DNA of 63,716 nt, the filler included, from Licmophora abbreviata (lineage: Eukaryota): NCBI GenBank assembly GCA_900291995.1. It is 9 parts of 9 records of this genome, joined end to end, with 100 filler letters (N's around TTAATTAATTAA, not from the genome) between each part and the next. Parts side by side here need not be neighbours in the genome. Positions count along the whole stretch, not along the records: positions 5,341 to 19,488 come from OLMU01001679.1; positions 19,589 to 27,979 come from OLMU01001680.1; 7 more parts are not named here. One strand, written 5' to 3'. This document shows, piece after piece, positions 11,543 to 21,908 of this stretch. The position numbers were made by a program, and so were the translations under genes. The notes below the pieces were generated by a model. The model ran no database searches and was not told where the DNA came from. It saw nothing but the letters and a program-made list of their open reading frames with translations. Position 1 is the first letter of the stretch, and each line of letters starts with the position of its first letter.

Positions 11543-11708
11543 TGACAAATAGCTCATAATTCTTGCCACAAGTTTCATCGTCGCCTCTCACAGCCAATTC
11601 CCATCGCCATCGATTATGATGATAAAGTGCATCAAAAAGGTAGAAGACGACAATGCGCACACCCAACCTCATTGTCAATACGCGTACATAGCTAGCCATT
11701 TATATGGT

Positions 11709-13326
11709 TTAGTCGAAAAGCTCACGAAGTCCGATAGCGCTTCCGAACATTGCAGTAGCGTTATGGCCGACTCCTGGAATGACATGTAAGACGTGCGTCT
11801 TTCGCCCATAGAACTCTTCCAGATACTTCATATACTGCATGCCTCTCGCACGCCTGTACGGACCCTCCAGCATTGCAGGGCAGCGTGTGTCCATGTGGTT
11901 GCGAAAGCATGGCCACTCTTCAGGAAGAAAATCTTCTCGTTTCCAGCAAGATGCACTACAAGTTGGCAATCCGTCGTTGCACGTGTCGTTCTGTCCAACC
12001 ATGTACACCACATTACGGTCACGGTACGCTTGAGCAGCGCGTTTCGGTCCCGATTTTAAGGGGTAGGGCAGCCAGTGCTTGTGGTCCGAAAAAGAGGAGA
12101 GACCATACGGCCAGTTATTGTACGCCTTGTCATGGCATACAAAATCGGAACTGGGGCCCTTTTCTCCAGGCACCATCAGACTGCCATTCTCAGGGTCACT
12201 ACAAGCAGCGTCGCACGTGCAATTCTCGTCGTTGCACTCGCAATCACCACACGAGTAAGTCCAGCGGCGCTCGTCAAGATACGAGTAGGAGGATGGGTTC
12301 GCGACCACAAACTCGACGTCGACTCGACTGCCGTCTTTATCCCACTTGGCCGCCAGCTCACTCATAATTGCATAGCGCTGTACCATCTGACCTCCCGCGC
12401 TGTGGCCAACGTAGGAAATCTTCTTCATGTTGGGATAGAGACTCTTGTCGGTCAAGATCTCCAGCATCTGGTCGAAAATGGAAACGACCGTCATGTGTGC
12501 CGTATCCGTTACCGCAACACTCAGGATCTGACTCTGCTCCGGCTCTCCAATCACCCCACGGCTTGGTGGCATTCCAAAAGGCGTCCGTGGGAAGTACGCC
12601 GGGATCGTTGCGATAGTTGAAGTCAGGGGCGATCACCATGATATCTTCAAATGGCACATACGTCTGTTCCAGCATCAGGGAACGGAATGAGCAAAAGTAG
12701 GCATCAGCGTTGCGCATAGCACCGTGCTGAATGAAAAGCGTCATGGTCTGATTTCCACCGGCACGAAGCAAATTGGAGGAATGATAGGGGAATGTCGTGT
12801 TCTTGAAGAGATCCAAACGGTACACCCGAAGGCAATTTTCGTCGTATGTAACGGACGGATCGTCGGAATCCATCAAGTAGTTTTCCATTTCAGAGAATTC
12901 TTCCCACATGTCTTCCTCAAGGGAACGAAGATTACGTCGTGCACCCGCTGCCGAGATGCGGTCGCACGCTTGTTTCCAGTCGACACCGCGGCACTCTTCG
13001 GCGCGATCTTTGGCTTCCTCTACGGCCTCTTCGATAACAGAAGCGGGTGTTTTCTCTGGATGAAGAGGTTTCGCCAACAAAGCCTCGGAGGAAGACGACG
13101 AGACTCGTCCTCCTTTCTCCGAGGCCTCGTTTTCTGTGGATTCCATTGTCGACATTAGAACAGCGACACAAGCAATGATCACGAGAAACGCGACGACTGC
13201 ATAGATCGCGAGGACTCGCAAGTGTCTAATTCTCGACGCCGATGCCGACGTTCGGTTGTCAACATCCTCAATCTCACTGTACCCCTGCGCGGATGCCCGC
13301 TGTCTACTTCTAAAGGGAAGCGTCAT
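11709..13326 (-). CDS. Membrane-anchored alpha/beta hydrolase, Cys-rich; frameshift near 12490
   Basis: 5' frame: TM anchor, FIQHGAMRN, VIAPDF, WGDWRAG. 3' frame: GHSAGGQ nucleophile elbow, VANPSSY, GQND, GVGHNA. The frames overlap without a frame-correcting intron. Confidence 0.75.
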
Positions 13327-13689
13327 GTTGACTCTGCCAGGTTTGACAAGATACCGCCGGTACTGGCACAACCAACTCACATCACTGATGATGATGATGC
13401 GATGTGATCTCAAATCCGGATCGAGACGCATCACATCATCGATACGGCGCAAAGATGAAAAGATTCGGTCGCACAAGCCCGGCGCGATAAAAGATTCATA
13501 TCTCCGGGTTCTATGTTCTTGATAAAAATCGATCGCATTCTTCCATTTTTGTTTCAAAACTAGCACATTCGAACCTGACACGCAACAACGCGCCGCCGCC
13601 GGCGAGCAGGTTGCGATACCGGCACCGTCATTCAAGCATAAGATGGCGTCATGAGCCACCACCCACCACAGTAGGCCCTTGGATGTACC

Positions 13690-15855
13690 ATGTCCGCCAA
13701 CAGAGGATTCTGGAAGCCTGCTCCGGCTTCCTCTGTTCTCAAGGAAGAGCGTCAGTCGTCCGAAGTGATTTCAGTTCCATTCAACTTCACCTCGGCTCCC
13801 CTTGCCCAGCAGCGACTGCTCCTTCCCATTTACAAGCACAAGCGCCAGATTCTCTACACGCTCGAGACGCATCACGTGGTGGTTCTTGTTGGAGAAACTG
13901 GATCTGGAAAAAGCACACAGATCCCGCAGTACTTGTTGGAAAATGGATGGGCTGATCAAGGCTTCCAGATTGTCTGTACACAGCCTCGTCGAATAGCTGC
14001 GCAGAGTCTCGCCCAGCGAGTCGCCAAAGAAGTGGGATGCCCTCTGGGACAGCAAGTGGGATATACGGTACGCTTCGATGACGCATCGTCTCCTTCGACC
14101 CGAATTAAGTACGTGACGGATGGTATGCTGCTGAGAGAGGCGACACTGTCGGATCCGCTCTTGTCGCAATACTCGGTCGTCATGGTCGATGAAGCCCATG
14201 AACGGAGCCTAAACTCGGATGCTCTCTTGGGGATTCTCAAAAAGATTCGTAGAAAAAGACCCAGTCTACGAATCATTGTTTGTAGTGCCACCATTGATGC
14301 ACAGGCATTTTTAGACTTCTTCGTTCCACCCAAGAGCGACGGAAATACGAATACCGTGCCACCCGCAACGAAACGACGGCGGCGATGGGGGCGGGTAGAA
14401 GACGAAGTAGTAGAAGAGTCAAAACAACTATCAGAATCATCAGTGGACGCCGGAGCAGTTATCTCAGTGGATGGGAGGCAGTACTCGGTAGATGCGCTGT
14501 ATCTGCCACAGCCCTCGTCGGACTATATTCGGAGTACTGTCGAAACAGTGTTGCAGATTCTCCAAAATGAAAATGGTGACGACATCCTGTGCTTCCTTCC
14601 ATCGGGAGAGGACATCGACCATGCTATCCGCCTAGCAGAAGACCATCTTGGAACGATGGAACTGCCCAAGTCGAAGCAGAATATTGCCTTTCTTCCGCTG
14701 TATGGTACACTGCCTTATCAGATGCAAGCACGAGTCTTCCAGCCAAAAGCACCTTCGGAACGCAGCATTCGTCGTATTATCTTTGCCACCAATATAGCAG
14801 AGACATCCGTGACGGTACCCGACATTACGCATGTCATTGACTGCGGTTTTGCAAAGCTTCCATACTTTGATCCTAGAACAGGATTTGATCGACTGATTGT
14901 ATCGCCGATAAGTCAAGCCAGCGCCAGACAGCGAATGGGACGGGCTGGACGAGTGCAATCCGGCAAGTGCTATCGTCTGTACACAGAAAAGCATATGGCG
15001 GAAAAGATGATAGACTCGACCGCTCCCGAGGTACTACGGTCGAATCTGACGGGCTTTGTTCTCACGTTGAAAGCGCTTGGTATCCACAACGTACTTGCGT
15101 TTGATTTGCTGGACTTACCCAGCGTGGAAGCGCTCTCGCACGGGTTGGAGTGCTTGTATGCACTTGGTGCATTAGACGATGACACGCAGCTCACTTCCAG
15201 AGGACTGGATATGTCGGCCTTTCCGACGGAACCTCGTGTATCGCGTATGCTGCTGGAGTCTCTCGACATGGGGTGCGCTTGGGAAGTATTGGCCGTCGCC
15301 AGTGCCCTGCAAGTGCGGGCCTTGTTCTTTCAACCTCGCACCCAGCGGCAGAGACTGGACTACGATGCCGCCATGCCAGATCTTGCCGATCCCAGTGGGG
15401 ATCATGTCACGTTTGCAAACCTGATTGCCGAAATGGACGATCGGGAAATGGACCAAGAGGAATGCAAGGAGAAGTTCATCAATTACGTCGCGCTCAAACG
15501 GGCCATGGAGGTGCGGAACCAGTTGTCTCGGTTTCTGAAACGATATGGTCGAGTCCAGGCAATGGGTCTGTCGGAAGACGATCAAGAACGCAGCAGAGCA
15601 ATTCGCAAATGTGTTGCATCGGGATTCTTCTTCAATGTGGCCAAGCTTGCGAACGACGGCCGATACTACACACTCCGAGGCAAGCATATGGTTGCCCCGA
15701 GTCAAGCAAGTGTGTTGCACTCGCATGGAGAGACGAGCGAGTACATTGTGTTTGGGGAAACGCACGACGGTGCTCGTGGTGGTATTGAGATACGGGCGTG
15801 CAGCATCATTGAAGCGAAGTGGCTCCGAGAACTTGCTCCACACTATTGGGCGTAA
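13690..15855 (+). CDS. DHX35: DEAH-box ATP-dependent RNA helicase (DHX35-like)
   Basis: GETGSGKST, TQPRR, DEAH, SAT, ATNIAETSVT, QRMGRAGR; short N-terminus FWKP...QQRLLLPIYKHK typical of DHX35. Confidence 0.85.
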   Translation: MSANRGFWKPAPASSVLKEERQSSEVISVPFNFTSAPLAQQRLLLPIYKHKRQILYTLETHHVVVLVGETGSGKSTQIPQYLLENGWADQGFQIVCTQPRRIAAQSLAQRVAKEVGCPLGQQVGYTVRFDDASSPSTRIKYVTDGMLLREATLSDPLLSQYSVVMVDEAHERSLNSDALLGILKKIRRKRPSLRIIVCSATIDAQAFLDFFVPPKSDGNTNTVPPATKRRRRWGRVEDEVVEESKQLSESSVDAGAVISVDGRQYSVDALYLPQPSSDYIRSTVETVLQILQNENGDDILCFLPSGEDIDHAIRLAEDHLGTMELPKSKQNIAFLPLYGTLPYQMQARVFQPKAPSERSIRRIIFATNIAETSVTVPDITHVIDCGFAKLPYFDPRTGFDRLIVSPISQASARQRMGRAGRVQSGKCYRLYTEKHMAEKMIDSTAPEVLRSNLTGFVLTLKALGIHNVLAFDLLDLPSVEALSHGLECLYALGALDDDTQLTSRGLDMSAFPTEPRVSRMLLESLDMGCAWEVLAVASALQVRALFFQPRTQRQRLDYDAAMPDLADPSGDHVTFANLIAEMDDREMDQEECKEKFINYVALKRAMEVRNQLSRFLKRYGRVQAMGLSEDDQERSRAIRKCVASGFFFNVAKLANDGRYYTLRGKHMVAPSQASVLHSHGETSEYIVFGETHDGARGGIEIRACSIIEAKWLRELAPHYWA

Positions 15856-15948
15856 TGTGGGCTTCTCGCGTGTACGTAGACTCAATAAGAAGTAACATGC
15901 TATAGCTATACTCATAATATTCCATGCAACTTTCAGGAAGGTTAGAGC

Positions 15949-16728
15949 TCACATTTTAGCCGAATCCACACTCTTAATTGCATCTCGAAAGTTCTCGAGA
16001 GTCGTGTGTAGCATTTTGTTTTGTACAAAGGCTGCCATCTTGCTCGAGCGACGAAACAGCGACGCAACAACGCGTGGCGCGACAAACGTCATCGTCATAG
16101 TCATGTTGGTCTTGCCATCTTCCAGTGAGCGAAAGTCAACTCGGCCAAAGTTCTTCAAGCCAGACGTGCTCTCCCACTCAATCAAGTGCGGCCGTTCGAG
16201 ACGAGTAGCAATCGAAGTCCATGAGAAGCGAGCGCCCATGAACTTCATGGTCCACTTGGTCTCTCCAAGATTCTCTCCGATGCGATCGGCGCCATCCTCG
16301 GGCGGAGTTAAGTACTCGACGGAGTGCAACCACGGGGAGAAGGTTGATTGTCTGGGAAGATCTGAGAAGGCGTCGAATGCTTCATGCGCCGAGAATGGCA
16401 TATCCAGAGATGTCGAAACGACAATCTGTTTGCCCGCCTGACGCTGGTGTTTTCGTGCAGGCTCGCCATCACAGTGTCGATCTGAGGTGTCTTGCGCGTC
16501 CAAAGTCTCTTGAGTAGTGCACTGAGCCACTGTTGATCGGGTCGTTTCACTGATCAAGCTCCATCGACGTGAACGGCCAGGGAGGGAAGTCAACCCTGTC
16601 GAGATTCGGGGGCCAGGTGAAGCTATGATGGTTCCATGGAGCGGCTTACGGGTATTCTGTATCGAGAAAGCCGAGGAAGACGGCCACAGCAGCACCAAAA
16701 GAGCGACGCAGAGCAAACTCCGATCCAT
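15949..16728 (-). CDS. SRPBCC/START (polyketide cyclase-like) domain protein, probably plastid-targeted
   Basis: Signal peptide ending SSA-F; AFDAFSDL...SPWLHSV...KWTM...IEWESTSGLKNFGRVDF...LENFRD pattern. Confidence 0.75.
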   Translation of the reverse strand: MDRSLLCVALLVLLWPSSSAFSIQNTRKPLHGTIIASPGPRISTGLTSLPGRSRRWSLISETTRSTVAQCTTQETLDAQDTSDRHCDGEPARKHQRQAGKQIVVSTSLDMPFSAHEAFDAFSDLPRQSTFSPWLHSVEYLTPPEDGADRIGENLGETKWTMKFMGARFSWTSIATRLERPHLIEWESTSGLKNFGRVDFRSLEDGKTNMTMTMTFVAPRVVASLFRRSSKMAAFVQNKMLHTTLENFRDAIKSVDSAKM

Positions 16729-17099
16729 CCTTCTTAATCTAGACTCCACTGATTGCGAGATGAATGTGAAAAGCCTGTCAGCCAACAGCGACGCTGTTAT
16801 CATCATCAGAGCATCGTCGTCGCGTCTGATGATGTGTTAGTCATGATGTTGTGCAACAGCGCTGCGAAAAAACATCATCACGCGTCAGCGCCGTCTGTCG
16901 TCTGTCATCACGTGCATGCTGTCGCTTGCCTTAGTTAAGAGGAAAGAAGTAGCATGTGAAAATCAATGTTATATCGGTACTAAATTATAGGTCATTCTAA
17001 CCATGGCTCTCGTCGTATTGCTGCCATCAGACGCTTCATCAAGCAAGCTCAAGTATGCAGTACCGCGGTACAGTCTACTGGCACACGCCAGGACGCCCC

Positions 17100-19488
17100 T
17101 CAGGCGTCGTAGGCGAATCCGTCGTCGCTGGTCTCGTCCTCGAAATCGTGCTCCTCATGCTGCGAATCTTCCAACTTGCTCATGCTCGCGCCCACGCCAG
17201 TCTCCTTGGCCCAAACGTCCTCGTCCTCATCGGTAGAGTCCGACCAAAACTCTTTGGCCTTTGCCCGAGCAACGTCTTCATGCGTTTCATACGCCGATGC
17301 CCGTTTCGTCTCGAGATTCATCGCCGACTTCGTTTCGTCCATCAACAAAGGATTGAATGAGTTGCTTTCGACAAAGTCCAAAGAATTTTCCACGCACTCA
17401 GCAAGCTGCTTCATGGTTTCAACGTCATCGTTCGCATTTACAGAAAAGGCCTCGTTGCTTCCTGCGTCGAGAAGCTGATCGGACGATGCATAGCGAAAGA
17501 GAACTCCCGACGATGGAATCGGCTTTCGAGAAAGCGTATCAGTATCAGGCTGCGACATGGTGGTAGAGTATTGTGCCCCACTTCGCCCTAAGTCTCGACA
17601 CGGCAGCTCTTCCGCCATGAGAAGGAACATTTGGCCGTCCATGTGATGCAAAGCGGGACCAAAATCTTCCGAAATGCGTTTGCCACTGCCCGAGGAGCGC
17701 AACAGTAGAGCAGCTTCCTTTTCACACAAGTAACGAAGAAACAAACTCACGAGCGACTTCATGGTCTTGTATTGATCAAGGTCGGCTTCCAGTCCGGCTC
17801 GGACTTCCATTGGAACTCCGAAGAGGAGCGAGGCGTCCACGCACGACACAGGAATGACCTGCAGAACCTCAAAACTGGAATCGACAAGCAGCTGAAGATC
17901 GGCTAGCATACCCGTGGCAGCCATGGAGTCTGCACGGTACGGCATGATCTTGTAGTCGACATTCAAGGACAACGAACATTGCATGCCATCGACAGTCTCA
18001 GGAAGATCGAATGATAGCGTTCCAACGCTGCCACTGCGAGGGCGCATGACTTGGCGCATCCACTTGCGACCCAAAGCTCTAAAGTCTAGCGAGGTGCAGT
18101 CAATCGACGAGATACTGATGTTGGGTGGACTCGTCGTTTCGTTGTATCCACGCATTGTCTTGAAGTCTTCCTGGGCACGTTTGGCAATCTGCTGAGTGAT
18201 GCAGTCGATAATCTTGGTCGCATGCTGGAGTTTCGGATTCGGCCCGTCGTTTTCCATGTCGGACGACGTGTCCATCACATCGCCCTCCGCTTCATGCGAG
18301 TTGTTGGATAGCAGTTCGATAGATCCCGTGTCCACAACGACGATTTCGATCGCTCCAACAATGGTATCACGGAAGGCCGGACCAACACGCTCCCAGAAAC
18401 GATTCAAGGCGAGCTTGTGTGAATGCTCTTTCGTGTCGCAAAGCAAGGCCACATCGTGTGTCAAAATGGTCACGTGTAGAGGAGCGACGTGTGCCGCAGT
18501 CGAAGGTTCGGAAGCTTGATGCAGTTTTCCATTCTCTTGCACAACCTTGTCCACTATGGAACGAAAGAGCGTGCCAGCTCACATGTAAGCATCGTAGAGA
18601 AGAACGCACTACATCGCACTCGACAGCATCTACATCCACATTTGTATTCAACGTACCCAAGTCCCCAAAGAGCTTCCACGAGTCATGCGCAAGCAGTCTC
18701 TTGGGCACGTGAACGGCCGTCGTATGTTCCACATTTTTGGCATTTGCCGGCGGACGGACCGGCACGACGTTCCACACATCGACCGACAGGTCCTCCAGAA
18801 ACAAGGCCAGCTCCTCGTCCACATATTCCGCCTGTACACCAATCGCCTTGCGCGATGAGGACGTCAGAACGGCTACACGTTTCTTCGTACGGCTGTTGTT
18901 GTTGTTGTTGTCCAAAAAGGACGATCCCAAGAAGGAGGGAGCAATGCCTTTCTGTGCCAGAGTACGGAGAAGAGATTGAGTGTGTTGGAGGAATTCTTTG
19001 CTGACACTCCGACCTTGATCGGTGTCGAGTGCACGGGTGTCGACGAGCAGAGCATGTCGGACACGCGTCGAAGGCATCGCCCGTGGTGGGTCTCGATGCT
19101 GCTGCTGCTGCTGAGAGAAGGCGTGATTGTGATCCGAGCGAGACGAGGGAGAAGCCTGCAGAGGGGAATCGAGAGAATCTACGGGGCTCGTGGAGGCCGC
19201 AGAAGACTTCCTAGTAGTCAGCGGTCCCGCACGACGCATGTTCTTCTTGGTCTTGCTTGTCGCGTTCTTGCTACTCGATGGTCGTGAATCTTTCGTCGAC
19301 CTGTCATCGTCTCCGTCGTCATACTTGAAAGCGAGCAAGTTCTCTCCGATATAGTGCTCGTTGCGGGTGGCGTTGCTCGTGGTGGTGGAAGTGACATTGT
19401 CCGTCGCAGGAGCATTGGTCGTCGTCGTCGTCTTCTTCTTCTTCTTGTCGAGGAAGACGACGCCGCGTGCCGGTCGGAGGAGCCAAAG
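17100..19488 (-). CDS. M1AP (meiosis 1 arrest protein)-like protein, 5' truncated by gap; intron 18554-18656
   Basis: The GT-AG intron joins KLFGDL|VDKVVQ. Ordered motifs resemble M1AP: LHVTILT, IEIVVV, SIDCTSLDFRALGRKW, VLQVIPVSCVDASLLFGVPM, FLRYLCEKEAALLL, YASSDQLL, VENSLDFVESNSFNPL. Confidence 0.65.
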
Positions 19489-19588
19489 NNNNNNNNNNNN
19501 NNNNNNNNNNNNNNNNNNNNNNNNNNNNNNNNTTAATTAATTAANNNNNNNNNNNNNNNNNNNNNNNNNNNNNNNNNNNNNNNNNNNN
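19489..19588. other. Artificial scaffold spacer
   Basis: N44-TTAATTAATTAA-N44; truncates the 5' ends of both flanking divergent genes. Confidence 0.98.
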
Positions 19589-21779
19589 TGCCGACAAGAA
19601 ACGACGAACATTATCCTCACCAACTTCCGCAGGCATCCATCCAAGTCGCCTTAGAGACTCTGGAGGAGCACGGATTCTTTCAGACGGACGTGACACAGCC
19701 TTTTGGACTGGGTACCAAGTGTGCCAAGACCTATGTGACGCGTTGCCTCTTGGGCAATTCTGGGTCTACCTACCGATATTTAGGAATGCGTATGTTTGCC
19801 TACCAATGGGATGACAACAGGAAGTCGTCGGCCGACTCTGATGGTGGCACGACGGCACTTACGTCTGCAATATCAACCATGTTTCGACTTAATACACAGC
19901 TAATGGAACGTACAGAGTATCACCTGCGAGAGTTGGACACGAAGCGAAGGAGTCGTGGAGCCGAGCAAACGAGAGGGCGGGCGGTCTTTGATATTGCACT
20001 CATCAACCGCATGGAATATAGTACCAACCTCAAGAAAGAGCCCATGATGGGAGATGCAAGGTGTTCTGTTTCGTGGCATGCTGACTCGAGTCTGGAACAC
20101 TATTCGTCCATTGCTGTCCATCACACGATTCGGAACCACAGTGCCGACGATGCTGCAGGATCGTGGTCGGTCGCTCTTCGCGTCGCCCATCACGCAGAAG
20201 GACCGACTGCGTCTCATCGCGACACGGGCGGTGGTGAGTCCTCCCTGGTCACTGCGACCCCACCAATTTCTGTTTCTCTTCCCTCGGGAGCTGTCTACTA
20301 CCTGTTGGACGACTTCAATCACCATCACCAGCACACTGTGCTTGCGTCAGGGGGCGGCGCCGGAGTCCGTTTCTCGTCAACGCACCGCTTGTTACGCGAA
20401 AGTCACAATGTGAGCTCATTGTTGGAGAGGTGCCGAACTGTCTGTGCTACCTTTCATAAGAAAGGACCCAAAGTCTGGCGTTCTGAGCAACTCCTCATCA
20501 CTGACATGGAATCGGAGTGGCTGAGGCAATTTTTCATCCAAGGTCAACAGCACTACGATCTACTCTGGGAGGTGAGTCGTCTCATGCGGGGGACTGTTAC
20601 GCACATATCATTTTATGCATTCTAGTAGGACACTGAGCACTGCTATCCTCTTCTGCACAGGCATGGGGTGAGCCGATGAACCGACTTCTTGGCTACTGGA
20701 GTCAGTTGGAATCTCGAACGAAACAGGTCGTCGATTTTCTTCGAGCTGCCGCAGAGGGGCGATGCATGTCAAATGATAGCGCACCGTTAAGGTCGGATCC
20801 TTCTCCTTCTCGTCGAGAACGCAAGCTGCGGGAAAGAAGAAAAAAGGCCGCTTCGTCTATTGAAGAAATTATGGGCAGGCGAGTCAATCCATCGGAAATG
20901 GAGAGGTCAAGTGCATCGGAGTATATCTATGAGCCTCTGGCTACGCTGCTTCATGAACGGGCGTCAATGAGGGAGAAATGGTTAGAGCGCGAGACAGACG
21001 CTGCTTTTTGGAGCTGGATCCTCGGAATCGCCCGTTGCCCGTCCCGTTCCAGTTCGATGCGACTGGTGACGTCAAGACAACGAACGAGTGCGGCATCTCC
21101 CCACTACAAGGGTCGCCAGACGCTCTTCGCGACTTGGCATGTGCGCTGCGATCATGCGGTTGCGCCTTTGACTCGAAAGATGCAGCAGAGCTTCCCGAAC
21201 TTATAAACTCCCAGAGTAATGCATCTGACAAGGATAGTTGTCATATAGGGGTGGACGAGCACAATGTGGCGATGGATTGGGAAGGCTGGAGCAGCCGTAC
21301 ATTCGGTCTCGAAATGCAGCGACCATGGGCAGAGCTTCTGCTGGGTGGCAACAAGAAGGTCGAGACGCGAGCATATGACTTGCCTCCACAATTGTTGGGG
21401 CGCCGAATCGATATTCTGGAGTCATGCAAGGGAATGCCCGGGAAGTCATCCTTGCAAAACGTTGTCTCAATTGATCGGTCGACGGAGGAGGAGCCTGTGG
21501 TGAAAAGGGTTGGTTGGTGCACGTTCAAGCGCACTATGCGTTACCAAGACAGACAGGCGTTCGAAGCGGATGAAGACGCTCACTTGGTAACGCGTGAGAA
21601 CGGCTTCGGATGGAAGGATGACTCAAAGTGTGGTCATATACGGATGGGCCGTAGGCGAGCGAGGACACTACGCCCCGTCATCAGCTGATCAACTAACTGC
21701 GATCGTTCGGCGGAAGCGCTCTTTGTTCGAACTCTTCTGTGTCGACACCAATACATCGATTACAATTACGACGGCCTGA
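19589..21779 (+). CDS. FTO: FTO 2OG-Fe(II) nucleic-acid demethylase with C-terminal ASCH domain; 5' truncated, intron 20572-20660, frameshifts near 21007 and 21625
   Basis: VTRCLLG..GSTYRYLGMRMFAYQW, ALINRM, VSWHADSSL (HxD), YYLLDDFNHHHQHTVLA, RFSSTHR, MESEWLRQFFIQG; then GLEMQRPWAELLLGGNKKVETR (ASCH GxKxxExR) and YGWAV. Confidence 0.85.
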
Positions 21780-21908
21780 CAACACGGCAAGCCATATAAA
21801 TGCTGCATCGTTTCTTTGTCTCCAAGTCGCTCGCAGATGAAACATTTAACGTATTGTGTGATGACGCTCGAAACTCCATTGATTATCTAGCGATCGCCTG
21901 AATGAAAT

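Noticed and set aside
18525..18590. Frameshift between ORFs 18367-19338 and 17100-18554
   Set aside because: Explained by a canonical 103-bp phase-1 intron (18554-18656).
19418..19447. (GTC)n/(CTT)n microsatellites, also (GTT)n near 18895 and (GCT)n near 19097
   Set aside because: Encode poly-Thr/Lys/Asn/Gln low-complexity tracts within the M1AP-like CDS; ordinary.
21001..21012. Programmed ribosomal frameshift in FTO
   Set aside because: No canonical X XXY YYZ heptamer with an evident downstream structure, and similar indels occur in unrelated genes; a sequencing indel is more parsimonious.
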